Positions 41,341 to 55,031 of a stretch of DNA of 64,000 nt are shown one piece after another. The translations under genes and the position numbers were made by a program. Location: contig OX597827.1 of NCBI GenBank assembly GCA_951406725.2, forward strand, positions 11,780,001 through 11,844,000, in the 5' to 3' direction. Each line of letters opens with the position of its first letter. Positions within the stretch are counted from its first letter, which is position 1. The notes beneath the pieces were generated by a model. It saw nothing but the letters and a program-made list of their open reading frames with translations, did no database searches and was not told where the DNA came from. Origin of the DNA: Octopus vulgaris. Its lineage: Eukaryota.

Positions 41341-41568
41341 CTATATATATATTTATTTGGATTATGTGTAGGTGTGCATGTATTATGAGCACATATTCTC
41401 ATGCTGAACTGTATTGCATTTAGTAGTGTTGCATTATGACTAAGTTTGTGATATTCACAGACAGAGTTGGTATGTGTGGTTGAAATTGAACACGTAACTG
41501 AAGAAGATGACATCATAATGAACCCTTTCAGTTTTTATTTGTCGTTTAGTTAAAAGATATCAATAAAA

Positions 41569-41989
41569 GTGCAGGAGTGGCTGTGTGGTAAGTAGCTTGC
41601 TAACCAACCACATGGTTCCGGGTTCAGTCCCACTGTGTGGCATCTTGGGCAAGTGTCTTCTGCTATAGCCCCGAGCTGACCAATGCCTTGTGAGTGGATT
41701 TGGTAGACGGAAACTGAAAGAAGCTTGTCATATATATGTATATATATATATGTATGTGTGTGGGGGGGGTTTGTGTGTCTGTGTTTGTCCCCCTAGCATT
41801 ACTTGACAACCGATGCTGGTGTTTTTACATCCCTGTCACTTAGCGGTTCGGCAAAAAGAGACCGATAGAATAAGTACTGGGCTTACAAAAGAATAAGTCC
41901 CGGGGTCGATTTGCTCGACTAAAGGCGGTGCTCCAGCATGGCCGCAGTCAAATGACTGAAACAAGTGAAAGAGTAAAAGAAAGAGTAAA
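41569..41989 (+). mobile_element. SINE family A
   Basis: Matches the other A copies. Confidence 0.9.
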
Positions 41990-42468
41990 GCAATGACTCA
42001 GAAGATGTTTGAGCAACAATGTGGACACAGTTGGATGCAAGCGTATATATGATGGCACATATGCAACATTGCAACATGCATAAAAGTGCATAAGATGACA
42101 TGCACGTGTACAACGATATATAAATTTATACCTTGTGTGTGTGTGTGTCTGTTTGTGTGATTTAACTACTTTACACACAAAGCAGGTGGCATTTATGGCA
42201 TGCATCCAGTACCACAGCTCTTATAAAACTATAAAACCATCGTTCAAACAGCAAAGTATAATCTCTTGCATGTGTATACATGTATGCTGCTATGCTTGTA
42301 ATACATGTGTGTGTATATATATGTATATGTGCGCACATATATATATATATATATATACATATATATTTATATTATATAGAGTGGAAAAATTTACAGATTT
42401 TTTCTCTTATGAGGTTTTTCACGCTAACTACTGATAATTTCTTATAAAGATTTTATCCTTAATTTTAA

Positions 42469-42531
<63 letters not shown>

Positions 42532-43644
42532 AGTATGTATGTATGTTTGTATGTAATTTTGTGTTTGTGCATGTGTGCATCTGCATGTGTGTGTATGTGT
42601 GTGCAGGAAGGCGTGTGTGCATGTGTATGTGCATGAGTTTGGAGAAACGTTTATACATTTCAAAAAACTTCCTCCTAAGCATTTATCTCAATCTGGTTAT
42701 TTTTTATGACTTTTTTTTTAAAGATTTAAGAATTGTCTAACTTACAAAAATTTTACTTCATATATTTGTAACTATATCAAGAATTCTTACTAAAGAAAAA
42801 CATTTTAAAATATATGTATAAATGAAATGTATTTCTTTTCTCTTTTTAATTTAGCGTTAATTTTGATTGGTCACCTGTTTGGTAGCATGGTTGTGAAAGA
42901 AAACATCTTTTGTTTCTCATCCTTTAAAATCTGAAGATTGTTTGCAGTTGTACGTCAGCAGATGTATGTATGTATGTATGTATGTATGTATGTATGTATG
43001 TATGTACGTATGTATGTATGTATGTATGTATTAATAATGGTATGATAAACTCACATAACAAAACACTATCTCACTATACCAAGAGTTACAATTGCATATT
43101 TGTATATAATCACATCTGTAAGTGTGAACAGGTGATGATCTTAGCACGCTCAGAAGTTGGTCTGGTTCACACAACCAGACAAATGCACAGTTATATATGT
43201 GCACATTTCTGCACACATATGCATGTATGCACACGAAGAAGCTAGTATAAATATTACACATTGAACAGATGGATACACATCTGTTCGTATCTATGCTTAA
43301 GGTGTTAGTTAGCAATTAAGGAAGATAAAATAAGCTACGCAGACAGATGTATACACAGGAATATCTGTTAGTGAAACTTGTACATAATACAAGCTCTAGC
43401 TTATAACAATCTTCAGTAGACTAAACTGAATACAGTGTTCTATTTGAAGCATCAATGGACAAAGAAAGATCAAACCGAAATATAGTATTAATATCTAATA
43501 TCAAAGATGATGGAACCAATAATTTGTGAAATGTTATATTTGCTAGGTTTGGTTTGGATTTGCTGAAATTTGTGATTTTCATCTAGGATATGATGAAGGA
43601 TAAACAATATATCAAAGTCTTGTTAGGAGTCAATATTTTCTATT

Positions 43645-45440
43645 CTTAAGGCGGCGAGCCGGCAGAAATGTTAGCACACTGGGCGAAATGCTTAGCAGTA
43701 TTTCATCTGTCTTTACGTTGCGAGTTCAAATTCCGCCAAGGTCAACTTTGCCTTTCATTCTTTCAGGGTCGATAACTTAAGTACCAGTTGCATAGTGGTG
43801 TTGATCTAATCGACTGGGCCCCTCCCCAAGCAATTTCGGGCCTTGTGCCTAGAGCAGAAAAAGAACATTTTCTTTTCTTAAGGCAGCGTGCTGGCAGAAA
43901 TGTTAACATGCTGGTCGAAATGCTTAGCAGTATTTCATCTGTCTTTACATTTTGAGTTCAAATTCCGCCAAGGTCAACTTTGCCTTTCATTCTTTCAGGG
44001 TCAATAAGTTAAGTACCAGTTGCATAGTGGTGTTGATCTAATCAAGGCGGCGAGCTGGCAGAAACGTTAGCATGCCGGGCGAAATGCGTAGCCATATTTC
44101 GTCTGCCGTTACGTTCTGAGTTCAAATTCCACCGAGGTCGACTTTGCCTTTCATCCTTTCGGGAGTCAATAAATTAAGTACCAGTTACGCACTGGGGTCA
44201 ATATAATCGACTTAATCCGTTTGTCTGTCCTTGTTTGTCCTCTCTGTGTTTAGCCCCTTGTGGGTAGTAAAGAAATAGGTGTTGATCTAATCGACTGGGC
44301 CCCTCCCCAAGCAATTTCAGGCCTTGTGCCTAGAGTAGAAAAAGAACATTTTCTTTTCTTAAGGCAGCGTGCTGGCAGAAATGTTAGCACACTGGGTGAA
44401 ATGCTTAGCAGTAATTTCATCTGTCTTTACATTTTGAGTTCAAATTCCGCCAAGGTCAACTTTGCCTTTCATTCTTTCAGGGTCGATAAGTTAAGTACCA
44501 GTTGCATAGTGGTGTTGATCTAATCGACTGGGCCCCTCCCCAAGCAATTTCAGGCCTTGTGCCTAGAGTAGAAAAAGAACATTTTCTTATCTTAAAGCAG
44601 CGTGCTGGCAGAAATGTTAGCTCGCTGGGTGAAATACTTAGCAGTATTTCATCTGTCTTTACATTTTGAGTTCAAATTCTGCTGCGGGCAACTTTGCCTT
44701 TCATCTTTTCAGGGTCGATTAAATAAGTACCAGTTATGCACTGGGTCGATATAACCGACTTAATCCGTTTGTCTGTCCCCTCTGTGTTTAGCCCCTTATG
44801 GATAGTAAAGAAATAGGTATTTTGTCTGTCTTTATGTTCTGAGTCCAAATTCCGTTGCGGTCAACTTTGCCTTTCATCCTTTCAGGGCCGATACCAGTTG
44901 CATAGTGGTGTCGATCTAATTGACTGGCCCACTCCCCAAGCAATTTTGGATTTGTGCCTAGAGTATAGAAAAGAACATTTTCTTTTCTTAACGCAGCAAA
45001 CTGGCAGAAACGTTAGCATGCCAGGCGAAATGCTTAGCAGTATTAGGTTTGTCTTTAAGGGGCTAAACAGAGGGAACAAACAACAACAGACAAAGCGATT
45101 GAGTCAATTACATCGACCCCAGTATGTAATTTGTACTTAATTTATCGACTCCCGAAAGGATGAAAGGCAAAGTCGACCTCGGCAGAATTTGAACTTAGAA
45201 CGTAACGACAGACGAAATACCGCTAAGCATTTCGCCCGGCGTGCTAACGATTCTGCCAGCTCACTGCCTTTCTGTCTTTAAGTTCTGAGTTCAAATTCCA
45301 TTGCAGTCGACTTTGCCTTTCATCCTTTTGAGATAAAGAAAATAAATACCAGTTGCATACTGGGGTTGAAGTAACCAACTGCCCCTAATCCCCAAAATTC
45401 TAAAATTTCAGGCCTTGTACCTTAAGCAGAAAAGAATATT
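43645..45440 (+). repeat. Tandem/nested array of SINE family C (~230-bp unit), including an inverted copy at ~45045-45270
   Basis: Units start near 43648, 43880, 44361, 44593, 44990; nested copy 44044-44277 has a 15-bp TSD GGTGTTGATCTAATC. Confidence 0.85.
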
Positions 45441-45529
45441 TTCATTTCTTTCCTTGATTAACATATTTATGATGTCAAATTATAAAATTATTGTCTGAAG
45501 CATGTAGATTACAGACTAAAATACACATA

Positions 45530-45700
45530 GGCGCAGGAGTGGCTGTGTGGTAAGTAGCTTGCTAACCAACCACATGGTTCCGGGTTCAGTCCCACTGTGT
45601 GGCATCTTGGGCAAGTGTCTTCTGCTGTAGCCCCGGGCTGACCAATGCCTTGTGAGTGGATTTAGTAGACGGAAACTGAAAGAAGCCTGACGTATATATG

Positions 45701-45740
<40 letters not shown>

Positions 45741-45744
45741 TATG

Positions 45745-45799
<55 letters not shown>

Positions 45800-45973
45800 G
45801 CCGGTGGCACGTAAAAAGCACCCACTACACTCACAGAGTGGTTGGCGTTAGGAAGGGCATCCAGCTGTAGAAACACTGCCAAAATCAGACTGGAGCCTAG
45901 TGCAGCCAGTCTGGCTTCCCAGACCCCGGTCAAACTGTCCAACCCATGTTTGCATGGAAAACGGACATTAAAC

Positions 45974-46010
<37 letters not shown>

Positions 46011-46210
46011 TGTGTGTGTGTTTGTGTGTCTGTGTTTGTCTGTGTTTACGTCCCCGTCACTTAGCGGTTCGGCAAAAGAGATCGATAGAATAAGTACTGG
46101 GCTTACAAAAGAATAAGTCTCGGGGTCGATTTGCTCGACTAAAGGCGGTGCTCCAGCATGACCGCAGTCAAATGACTGAAACAAGTAAAAGAGTAAAAGA
46201 GTAAAAGAGT
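45530..46210 (+). mobile_element. SINE family A with an RTE 3' end (~45800-46010) inserted in its internal microsatellite
   Basis: A head, (TA)n, RTE 3' UTR plus (GAT)n, A tail. Confidence 0.85.
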
Positions 46211-46400
46211 ATGTATGCTCATGCATATAGTTGCATATCTAGACATCCTCATATGCATGTATGTCCTTGTAACAAATCTTGTTTTAGCCCTGCTGGGTCA
46301 CCAGGAACCCAGCAGAACTCTGATCACGACCTGTCAAAAGACAAATGAATCCACTGTCAGTTCAAGCGGCTTATTGGTTAAAGTGTTGGATTCATGTTTG

Positions 46401-46441
<41 letters not shown>

Positions 46442-46712
46442 ACAAAGTGTGAAATTAATTAATTAAGAAGTAATCAGTAATTTCAGCAAGTAGAATTCGG
46501 CATGAAAGGGACCATTTCATGGTAGGCTTAAGTAATACGCAGGCAAAAGGGAAAACCGACGAAAATGGTTTGTTTTCAAGTGCTTTGGTTTTTCTGGGAA
46601 CCCTCTTTAAATTAGAAGGAATAGCTAAGATATTTTGACTGCTATTTCTAAACTTCGGTAAGTGGTGAAGCAAATCGTCGCTGAAGCCTAATTATAAAGT
46701 ATATATATATAG

Positions 46713-47011
46713 GGAGGCGCAATGGCCTAGTGGTTAGGGCAGCGAACTCGCGGTCGTAGGATCGCGGTTTCGATTCCCAGACCGAGCGTTGTGTGTGTTT
46801 ATTGAGCGAAAACACCTTAGAGCTCCACGAGGCTCCGGCAGGGGGGGGTGATCCCTGCTGTACTCTTTCACCACTCTTTCTCTCACTCTTTCTTCTGTTG
46901 GCCTGCTCGCTTAGCCAGCGGGGTGGCATCATTCGAAGGCTAAAACAATGCGAACGCATTGTGACCAGCGATGTGTAGCAACATCTGATGGTCTGGTCGG
47001 TCACGTGATCA
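46713..47011 (+). mobile_element. SINE: B head with a third tail type (GGCCTGCTCGCTTAGCC..GGTCGGTCACG)
   Basis: Second copy at 58313-58620. Confidence 0.8.
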
Positions 47012-47639
47012 CATATATATATATATAGAGAGAGAGAGAGGGGGGAGAAAGAAAGCTAGAAAGAGAGCAAGAGTGGGAGAAAGAAAGAAAGAGAGAGAGG
47101 GAGAGAGGGATACATGCATATAACTACACATACATATGTATACACATATACATGTCTTTATGTGACAAAACTTAATTGTTCAACAAACAGAAATCAATGA
47201 GATGAGTGCAACACTAAAATAAGCAGTGGGCTTGACAAGATCAGCTAAACCCTCAATATCAGTACTCTGCTCCATCCAATAAATGAAATACAGTATCTGA
47301 AACCAGTAATGCAATAAATAGAAAAGTACTCTGTGGATCAGCATTGGTATAGAATTAAACACTCAAATAGTATGGCCAGAGAGAAATTGGATATTTAATT
47401 CTTGACAAGTAAATACTGTTTAATCATTAAATTTGACTGAAATAAGGCCAGAACAAGCAAGATATAATAGAATGAAGTGCACTTCTATGCCTTCAAGGAA
47501 ACCTTATAATGTAGTTGATATCATGTAATATCCCATTTAGACCCGACTGCTTTTGAAATGACAGTTGAAATGATTTATTCCACATGTCTAATAATCAACT
47601 GAGTAAAGCGAAACAAAAGAAAACAACAATGACGACGAT

Positions 47640-47649
47640 GGTGATAATG

Positions 47650-47694
<45 letters not shown>

Positions 47695-47759
47695 GTAATA
47701 ATAATAATAATAATAATATTAATAATAATAATAATAATAATAATGACAATAATAATGAC

Positions 47760-47794
<35 letters not shown>

Positions 47795-47795
47795 C

Positions 47796-47878
<83 letters not shown>

Positions 47879-47892
47879 CAATACTAATGACA

Positions 47893-47923
<31 letters not shown>

Positions 47924-48066
47924 CAATAATAATAATGACAATAATAATAATAATAATAATAATAATAATCACAATAATAATAGTAATAATAATGATAATG
48001 ACAATAATAATAATAATAATAATAATAACAATAATAATAAATAATGACAATAATAATAATAATGAC

Positions 48067-48101
<35 letters not shown>

Positions 48102-48153
48102 TAATAATGACAATAATAATAATGACAATAATAATAATAATAATAATAACGAC

Positions 48154-48188
<35 letters not shown>

Positions 48189-48189
48189 C

Positions 48190-48221
<32 letters not shown>

Positions 48222-48261
48222 TAATAATAATAATAATAATAATGACAATAATAATAATAAC

Positions 48262-48296
<35 letters not shown>

Positions 48297-48350
48297 CAAC
48301 AACAACAACAACAATAATCGTAATAATAATGATAATAATAATAATAAATA
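47640..48350. repeat. ~700-bp (AAT)n microsatellite with GAC interruptions
   Basis: Directly visible. Confidence 0.95.
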
Positions 48351-48979
48351 ATGAATAAATGGAAAAAAACAAAAGTCCTATTTATTATTGTTCAATGGAG
48401 ATTACAAATCATTTCTTTCACACAACCATAAATTTAATCGCTATCAGTTCTTACTTCTGTTTCGCTTTGTTTTTTCTCTCTGCTGCTACTCTTTTGATCA
48501 ATCTACCTGATCAGCAAATGATATGGCAGTCGTAGTTCTCTTAAGTTAGCTTTTAATTATAAAGTTTTACATTAAAAATTTTTTTTTTTTCTTTTTACAT
48601 ACATATAGTTTTTTTTTGTCTTTGCTGGTGTTGTTTTCTTCTCTTCTTACCACAACCTGTCCAGTAAATTCTTACCTAACATCACCCGGTTGTTTCATCA
48701 ATCATTTATAACTTTTGCGGAGGGAGCTATTGAACTGATTGGCTTAGATAAAATTCCATCAATAACTGAGGCGGGGGAAAAAATGCTTTGAATATGAAAC
48801 AAAGCTTAAACTGTTTGTTTTACTTTTATTGTTTGTGAGTAACACTTTCTGCATTTGATGTATAAAAAACACACACAGGCATATTAGATACACCTCATTT
48901 CAGCAGTACATAATCAGGGGAAAAAAAACCCACCTTGGGCTTTAAAGTATGTAATATAGGACTGACTTTGCATGTAGGA

Positions 48980-49373
48980 TCTCTTTACTCTTTTACTCTT
49001 TTACTTGTTTCAGTCATTTGACTGAGGCCATGCTGGAGCACCGCCTTTAATTGAGCAACTCGACCCCGGGACTTATTCTTTGTAAGCCCAGTATTTATTC
49101 TATCGGTCTCTTTTGCCAAACCGCTAAGTTACGGGGACATAAACACACCAGCATCGGTTGTCAAGCAATGCTAGGGGGACAAACACAGACACACAAACAC
49201 ACACATATATACGACGGGCTTCTTTCAGTTTCCGTCTACCAAATCCACTCACAAGGCTTTGGTCGGCCCTGGGCTATAGTAGAAGACACTTGGCCAAGGT
49301 GCCACACAGTGGGACTGAACCCGGAACCATGTGGTTGGTTAGCAAGCTACTTACCACACAGCCACTCCTGCGT
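48980..49373 (-). mobile_element. SINE family A
   Basis: Matches the other A copies. Confidence 0.9.
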
Positions 49374-49960
49374 CTGGGTTTATTTTCTTGAGAATATATT
49401 CTTTCTCAAAAAATGCATCATATATGCCAACTAATCTGGATCACCTGGATCACCTGGATCAGTCAGGCTGTCTGGTGCCGAGTTGGCTCTGTTGGCCACA
49501 ACATTCGCTCCATTCCCCTTGTGCTCTAGCCATCCTCCTCCACATTGCTCTGAACATTGCTCCTTCCTCTAGAGCCAGCAATTAAGTAAAAAGCTGATTT
49601 TGACCACTTCTATTTGTACGATAAAAAAACATTCATTTTGAAGTATTTATATCTTTAAATTAAAACTTTCCATCAGAATTTTATATAAGAATATTTTAAG
49701 TTCCAAACACCAGCATAATGACGAAGTTAGCTAATTTACTAAATCACTCCAAATTACTAATTGCTGGTTATTTTCAAAGATGATTAAAATGCATTGACAT
49801 TAGAAATAGACTAAAAAAAAAAAAAGGTTTTAATGCTGTTCTGTAATCTTTGGCTCAAATTAAATAATTATATATGGCTCGTTATAAATGGCGATAAATT
49901 TAGATGTTGAAGAGTTGGCATGCTAAAGTGTATTTTAACTACTCAATTGTGCTGGAAAGA

Positions 49961-50121
49961 TGCAGGAGTGGCTGTGTGGTAAGTAGCTTGCTAACCAACC
50001 ACATGGTTCCGGGTTCAGTCCCACTGCGTGGCATCTTGGGCAAGTGTCTTCTGCTATAGCCTCGGGCCGACCAATGCCTTGTGAGTGGATTTGGTAGACG
50101 GAAACTGAAAGAAGCCTGTCG

Positions 50122-50158
<37 letters not shown>

Positions 50159-50383
50159 ATGTGTTTGTGTGTCTGTGTTTGTTCCCCTAGCATTGCTTGA
50201 CAACCGATGCTGGTGTGTTTACGTCCCCGTCACTTAGCGGTTTGGCAAAAGAGACCGATAGAATAAGTACTGGGCTTACAAAGAATAAAATCCCGGGGTC
50301 GATTTGCTCGACTAAAGGCGGTGCTCCAGCATGGCCGCAGTCAAATGACTGAAACAAGTAAAAGAGTAAAGAGTAAAGAGAGT
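49961..50383 (+). mobile_element. SINE family A
   Basis: Matches the other A copies. Confidence 0.9.
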
Positions 50384-50810
50384 ATATGGAGATGTGATGA
50401 AATTCTCAAATTCTCTATTGTGATGCCAAGATGCAGAAGGAAATGATCAATGGTGGCAAGAAGCCGTAGAAAAATAATAGTAAATGGGTCATCACATTTG
50501 TTCATTAGAGTCAAGGAGGTTACTTAAACAGAAGAAGATTGTGAATGACAAGAAGTAAGAGGGAGTTTAGGAAATGGCAACTGATCTTTTAGAGTATGAG
50601 CACATCTTTCCAATACCAACACGGAAGAACTCTGATAAGGCAATCTGGTGTGAAGAATGTAAGATAGTACATCTAGTTAAATTAACTGTTATACATGGGG
50701 ACAATATATATATGCTGCTCAAGTTAAGAAAGAAGTGTATTTTGAGATTCTACTAGAAGGCTCTCAAGATGGCTCGAGGGCAGCACATTTTCCTGTAGAA
50801 GATGGATTAA

Positions 50811-51018
50811 CCCTTTATTGTTCAGATTATTCTATCAAACATAATGCTAATTGATTTGAATTAATCATGCATTATCTCATATCTTTAAGATCTTGATGGT
50901 GTAATTACTTAATGTAGAATAACATTGTAGGGTAGGTGTGAGAGCCTGGATCTGGTCAGTTTGAACATAAAACAGATTAAATATGTTGGCCGGATATGGC
51001 CGGTTAAATACTAAAGGG
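50811..51018. mobile_element. piggyBac-type MITE (second family)
   Basis: TTAA|CCCTTTA ... TAAAGGG|GTAA; homologous, in inverted orientation, to 59173-59811. Confidence 0.7.
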
Positions 51019-51553
51019 GTAAGTGGTTTTACTGGAACCAGACTTAGATGAATTATCTTCAAGCTAAAACCATCTTGAAAGAAATGCAGTGAGCAGCTGA
51101 GATAGACAGCCCACTGGATATAATTGAAACGAGATGAAGAAACCTTGTTGTAGAGAGGTGGTGTTTTGATATGAGCCAGGTACTTGTTTGTCTATATGAT
51201 GAGTCAGATTTGCATAACTCTGCAATTTGAATGGTGCTGATGATTCTGAGCTGAAGGACTTAAGATCAAATGTTGATAGTTAAATCCAAGATAGTCAACT
51301 CAGTAGGCAGAGCCTCATATTAGCAAGAGGTGCACTATAAAAGCCATTGAGAAGATAGCCTCAATACAGTGCCTATTCACTTCTGAAGGCCCATGAAAGC
51401 TGCTGGTATCCAGTATGCAAAGCTTGCAGTTGGCAGCAATTTCACAAGCAAGCTGTCTGCAAGTTCCTTTCTAAAACAGTCTTCTAAATTAACGGTTGGT
51501 ATGTAATACATGGCAGTAGTTGGTCTTTTAATGAGCTCCACCTACACACATGT

Positions 51554-51941
51554 GGAGGCACATGGCCTAGTGGTTAGAGCAGCAGATTCTCAATTGAGGG
51601 ATTGTGGGTTCAAATCTCAGACTGGGCGATGCATGTGTTTATGAGTGAAACACCTAAGCTTCATGCGGCTCTGGCAGAAGGTAATGGAGAACCTCTGCTG
51701 ACTCTTTCACCACAACTTTCTCTCACTCTTTCCTCCTGCATCAACGTGTGTACCGTTGGCGATTATTTTTCCTCTGTCTTCCCTTCTCTGGATCTTTCCT
51801 TCTCCTATGTTTCCGACGAAGAGCTCCGCTCGAAACGTTAGACCCTCCTTCTTTCCTTCTTTCCTGAGCGTCCAATAATACTTTATTTGTTCCACGTCCT
51901 TGTGTTGTTGTTTTTTTGTGCTTTCATGTTTAGATTAACTT
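51554..51941 (+). mobile_element. B-type SINE head (51554-51741) fused directly to a family E element (hammerhead motif 51809-51843)
   Basis: Junction ..CTTTCCTCCTGCATC|AACGTGTGTACCGTTGGCG..; no microsatellite at the junction. Confidence 0.75.
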
Positions 51942-52242
51942 TAGATATATATATATATGTATGTATGTATATATGTATATATATGATGGTTTTCTTTCAA
52001 TTTCCATCATATGTCTTTGGACAGCCAAGGGTTATAGTGAAAGCCACTTGTTCAAGATGCCACAGAGTAGGAGTGAACCTGAAACTTGAAGGCTGTGAAG
52101 CAAACTTCTTAACCATTTAGCCATACTGGCTCCTACATATATGCACACACATATAAAAAAACATGTATATATGTATATATGTGTATGTGTATATATAGAT
52201 GAATATGCATATATATATATATGTATATATACATATACACAC

Positions 52243-52578
52243 ATCATCATCATCATCATCATCATACGTCCGTTCTCCATGCTAGCATGGGTTGGACAGT
52301 TCGACCGGGGATCTGGGAAGTCAGAAGGCTGCACCAGGCTCCAGTCTTATCTGGCAATGTTTCTACAGCTGGATGCCCTTCCTAACGCCAACCACTCCGT
52401 GAGTGTAGTGGGTGCTTTTTACGTGCCACCGACACGGAAGCCAGTCGAGGCGGTGCTGGCATCAGCCACGATTCGGATAGTGCTTTTTACGCATCTCCAT
52501 TCCAGGGGTCCTGGCATCTGCCGGGTGCCAGTCATAGGATTGGTTCAATTTCGATTCCGATTTCACTTGCCCCAACAG
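52243..52578 (-). mobile_element. RTE LINE 3' UTR fragment
   Basis: Matches 56800-57570; (CAT)n tail on the plus strand. Confidence 0.8.
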
Positions 52579-53159
52579 TATGTATGGCCATATATGTATA
52601 CATATATATATGTATACATATGTATGTGTATATATGTATGTATGTGTGTGTGCACACATGCATGTGTACATACATGTATCAAAACAAAAGCACAGTTGTA
52701 TGGATGACAAAACACACCTTATTGTTAGTTGAAATATATAGATCCAGTGACTCGATAAGAAGTTAAATAAATGAAAGAAAGAAATTAAATCTTATATAAA
52801 ATGATATGAAAGTAGCCAACAGCACTGGTGATTAGTCTCGGTGTAGTTGATTACAGTTCTCACAAATCTAATTTCAGAGTTTTGATATTACCAAGCATTC
52901 AGCAAAAGTTTACAGACATAAACTCTGCAGATAGGAATCTATTTCAGATTCATCTCATCCATAGATAATTAACTTAGACTGGTCTACAAGAAACAATTGA
53001 CACTTTTACAGGTCATTTTTCTGTCCAGGCACACAACAGCATTACCGTAGCTGACTGGCGATAGTCATAAATAAACTCGCACACAATGAGACACAGGCAC
53101 AATATAAATTTATACATGTATATATATATGTATATATACACATGTATATATATATACAC

Positions 53160-53208
<49 letters not shown>

Positions 53209-53595
53209 CATACATACATACACACACACTAACACATATATATATATATACATATATATTATTCACAAAGAATAGCAATCACATCTGCACCGCCACAGAC
53301 ATGTAAATGTACGTGTATAGTTTGTACGCATAAATATTTAATGAGCTGTTGATACTATGTGTCGCATGTGCATATGTGGGAGCTTGCACATGTATGTATG
53401 CATGTATGTGCATGTGTATATGTATACAAATATATGTGTGTATATATATATATATGTATAAATGAATTTTTATATATATGTATGGATATACCTATATATA
53501 AGTATATTTATATATGTATATATATATGTATTTATATATACATATGTGTATATATAAATATATGTGTATATGTATATATATATATGTATGTATGC

Positions 53596-53653
<58 letters not shown>

Positions 53654-54348
53654 AAATATAGATATATATATATATATGTATATATATGTATATATATATA
53701 TATGTATATATATGTATATAAGCATCATATATATATCTGTATCGATATTTATAATCGCACATATCTAGATACATAGGTATGTAGGTGTCTGTTTGAAATT
53801 ATACACTAGTATGATAACACTGCTACAGACACACACGTACACACAAACGCATGTATGCACACACATTGCAGCCATACTCCTCTTCCACATCCTCCTCCAC
53901 ATCACCATCACCATCATCATCATCATCATCACAGACATCGGCAGCAGCAGCAGTCAGGTTTCATGTTCAATATCAAAGTGATTCTAATGATAGATTTCTA
54001 AAGAAGACAGATTCAGGAAAAACACGAGAGAAGACAAAGGCTGTAGATGTAAACAAAGTGTTATTTTGTTGAGTATCACAACTTTGATTAACATAACAAA
54101 AGAATTGAACCCACACAGACGTGACTAAGACATACATACATTTTGAAAATCAGCCTATTTATCTATCTCTCTATCTGTCTGTCTGTCTGTCTCTGTGTCT
54201 CTGCGATACTGTATGAAAGGGTTTGCATTTCAGTTTCTTTAGTTGTAACCTATAATTAATGTGAATGCATATGTGTGCAATATATATATACATATGTATT
54301 TATTCAGATGTATATCTTTATGTATATCTATGTATTTATCTACAACTA

Positions 54349-54389
<41 letters not shown>

Positions 54390-54771
54390 CCACACACCCA
54401 CATACATATGTATATGCATATATATATATATATATATATCTGATCTGGCAGCTGTAGAAACACTGCCAGATCAGACTGGAGCCTGGTGCAGCTTTCTGGC
54501 TTCCCAGATCCCCGGTCGAGCCATCCAACCCATGCTAGCATGGAGAACGGACGTTAAACGATGATATATATATATATAAATGTGTGTGTATGCATGTGTG
54601 TGTGTGCATGTTTGACGAACAGGAACATGATACTCTGAGTAACAGTTTTTGTGAAGTCTTTGTAGCTTTATTAGCATTTTTACTCTGCCTCCAGGATTCA
54701 AGTACTATTTTTTCCACCTTGTTTTACATTTACATGCTTACTCTAGTATACATACATATATACATATACAG

Positions 54772-54807
<36 letters not shown>

Positions 54808-54832
54808 ATTTATAAATATACATATATATATA

Positions 54833-55031
54833 TGTGACCTCGTGTGTACCGTTGGCGATTTTTTTCCTCTGTATTCCCTTCTCAGGATCTTTCCTTCTCC
54901 TATGTTTCCGACGAAGAGCTCCGCTCGAAACGTTAAACCCTCCTTCTTCCCTTCTTTCCTGAGCGTCCAATAATACTTTATTTGTTCCACGTCCTCATGT
55001 TGTGTTTTTTTGTGTTTTCTTGTTTGGATTA

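Noticed and set aside
43645-45440. CRISPR-like regular repeat array
   Set aside because: Units are ~230-bp SINE copies with no unique spacers and no cas genes, in a eukaryotic context.
46713-46790. tRNA-Arg(TCG)-like sequence
   Set aside because: It is the SINE B head; there is no proper acceptor stem and it continues into the SINE body.
50390-51500. Possibly ancient LINE-derived sequence around the MITE
   Set aside because: Too degraded to recover a diagnostic motif by eye.
53851-54072. 73-aa Ser-rich ORF
   Set aside because: Built largely on (CAT)/(CAG)/(CCT) repeats; no supporting signals.
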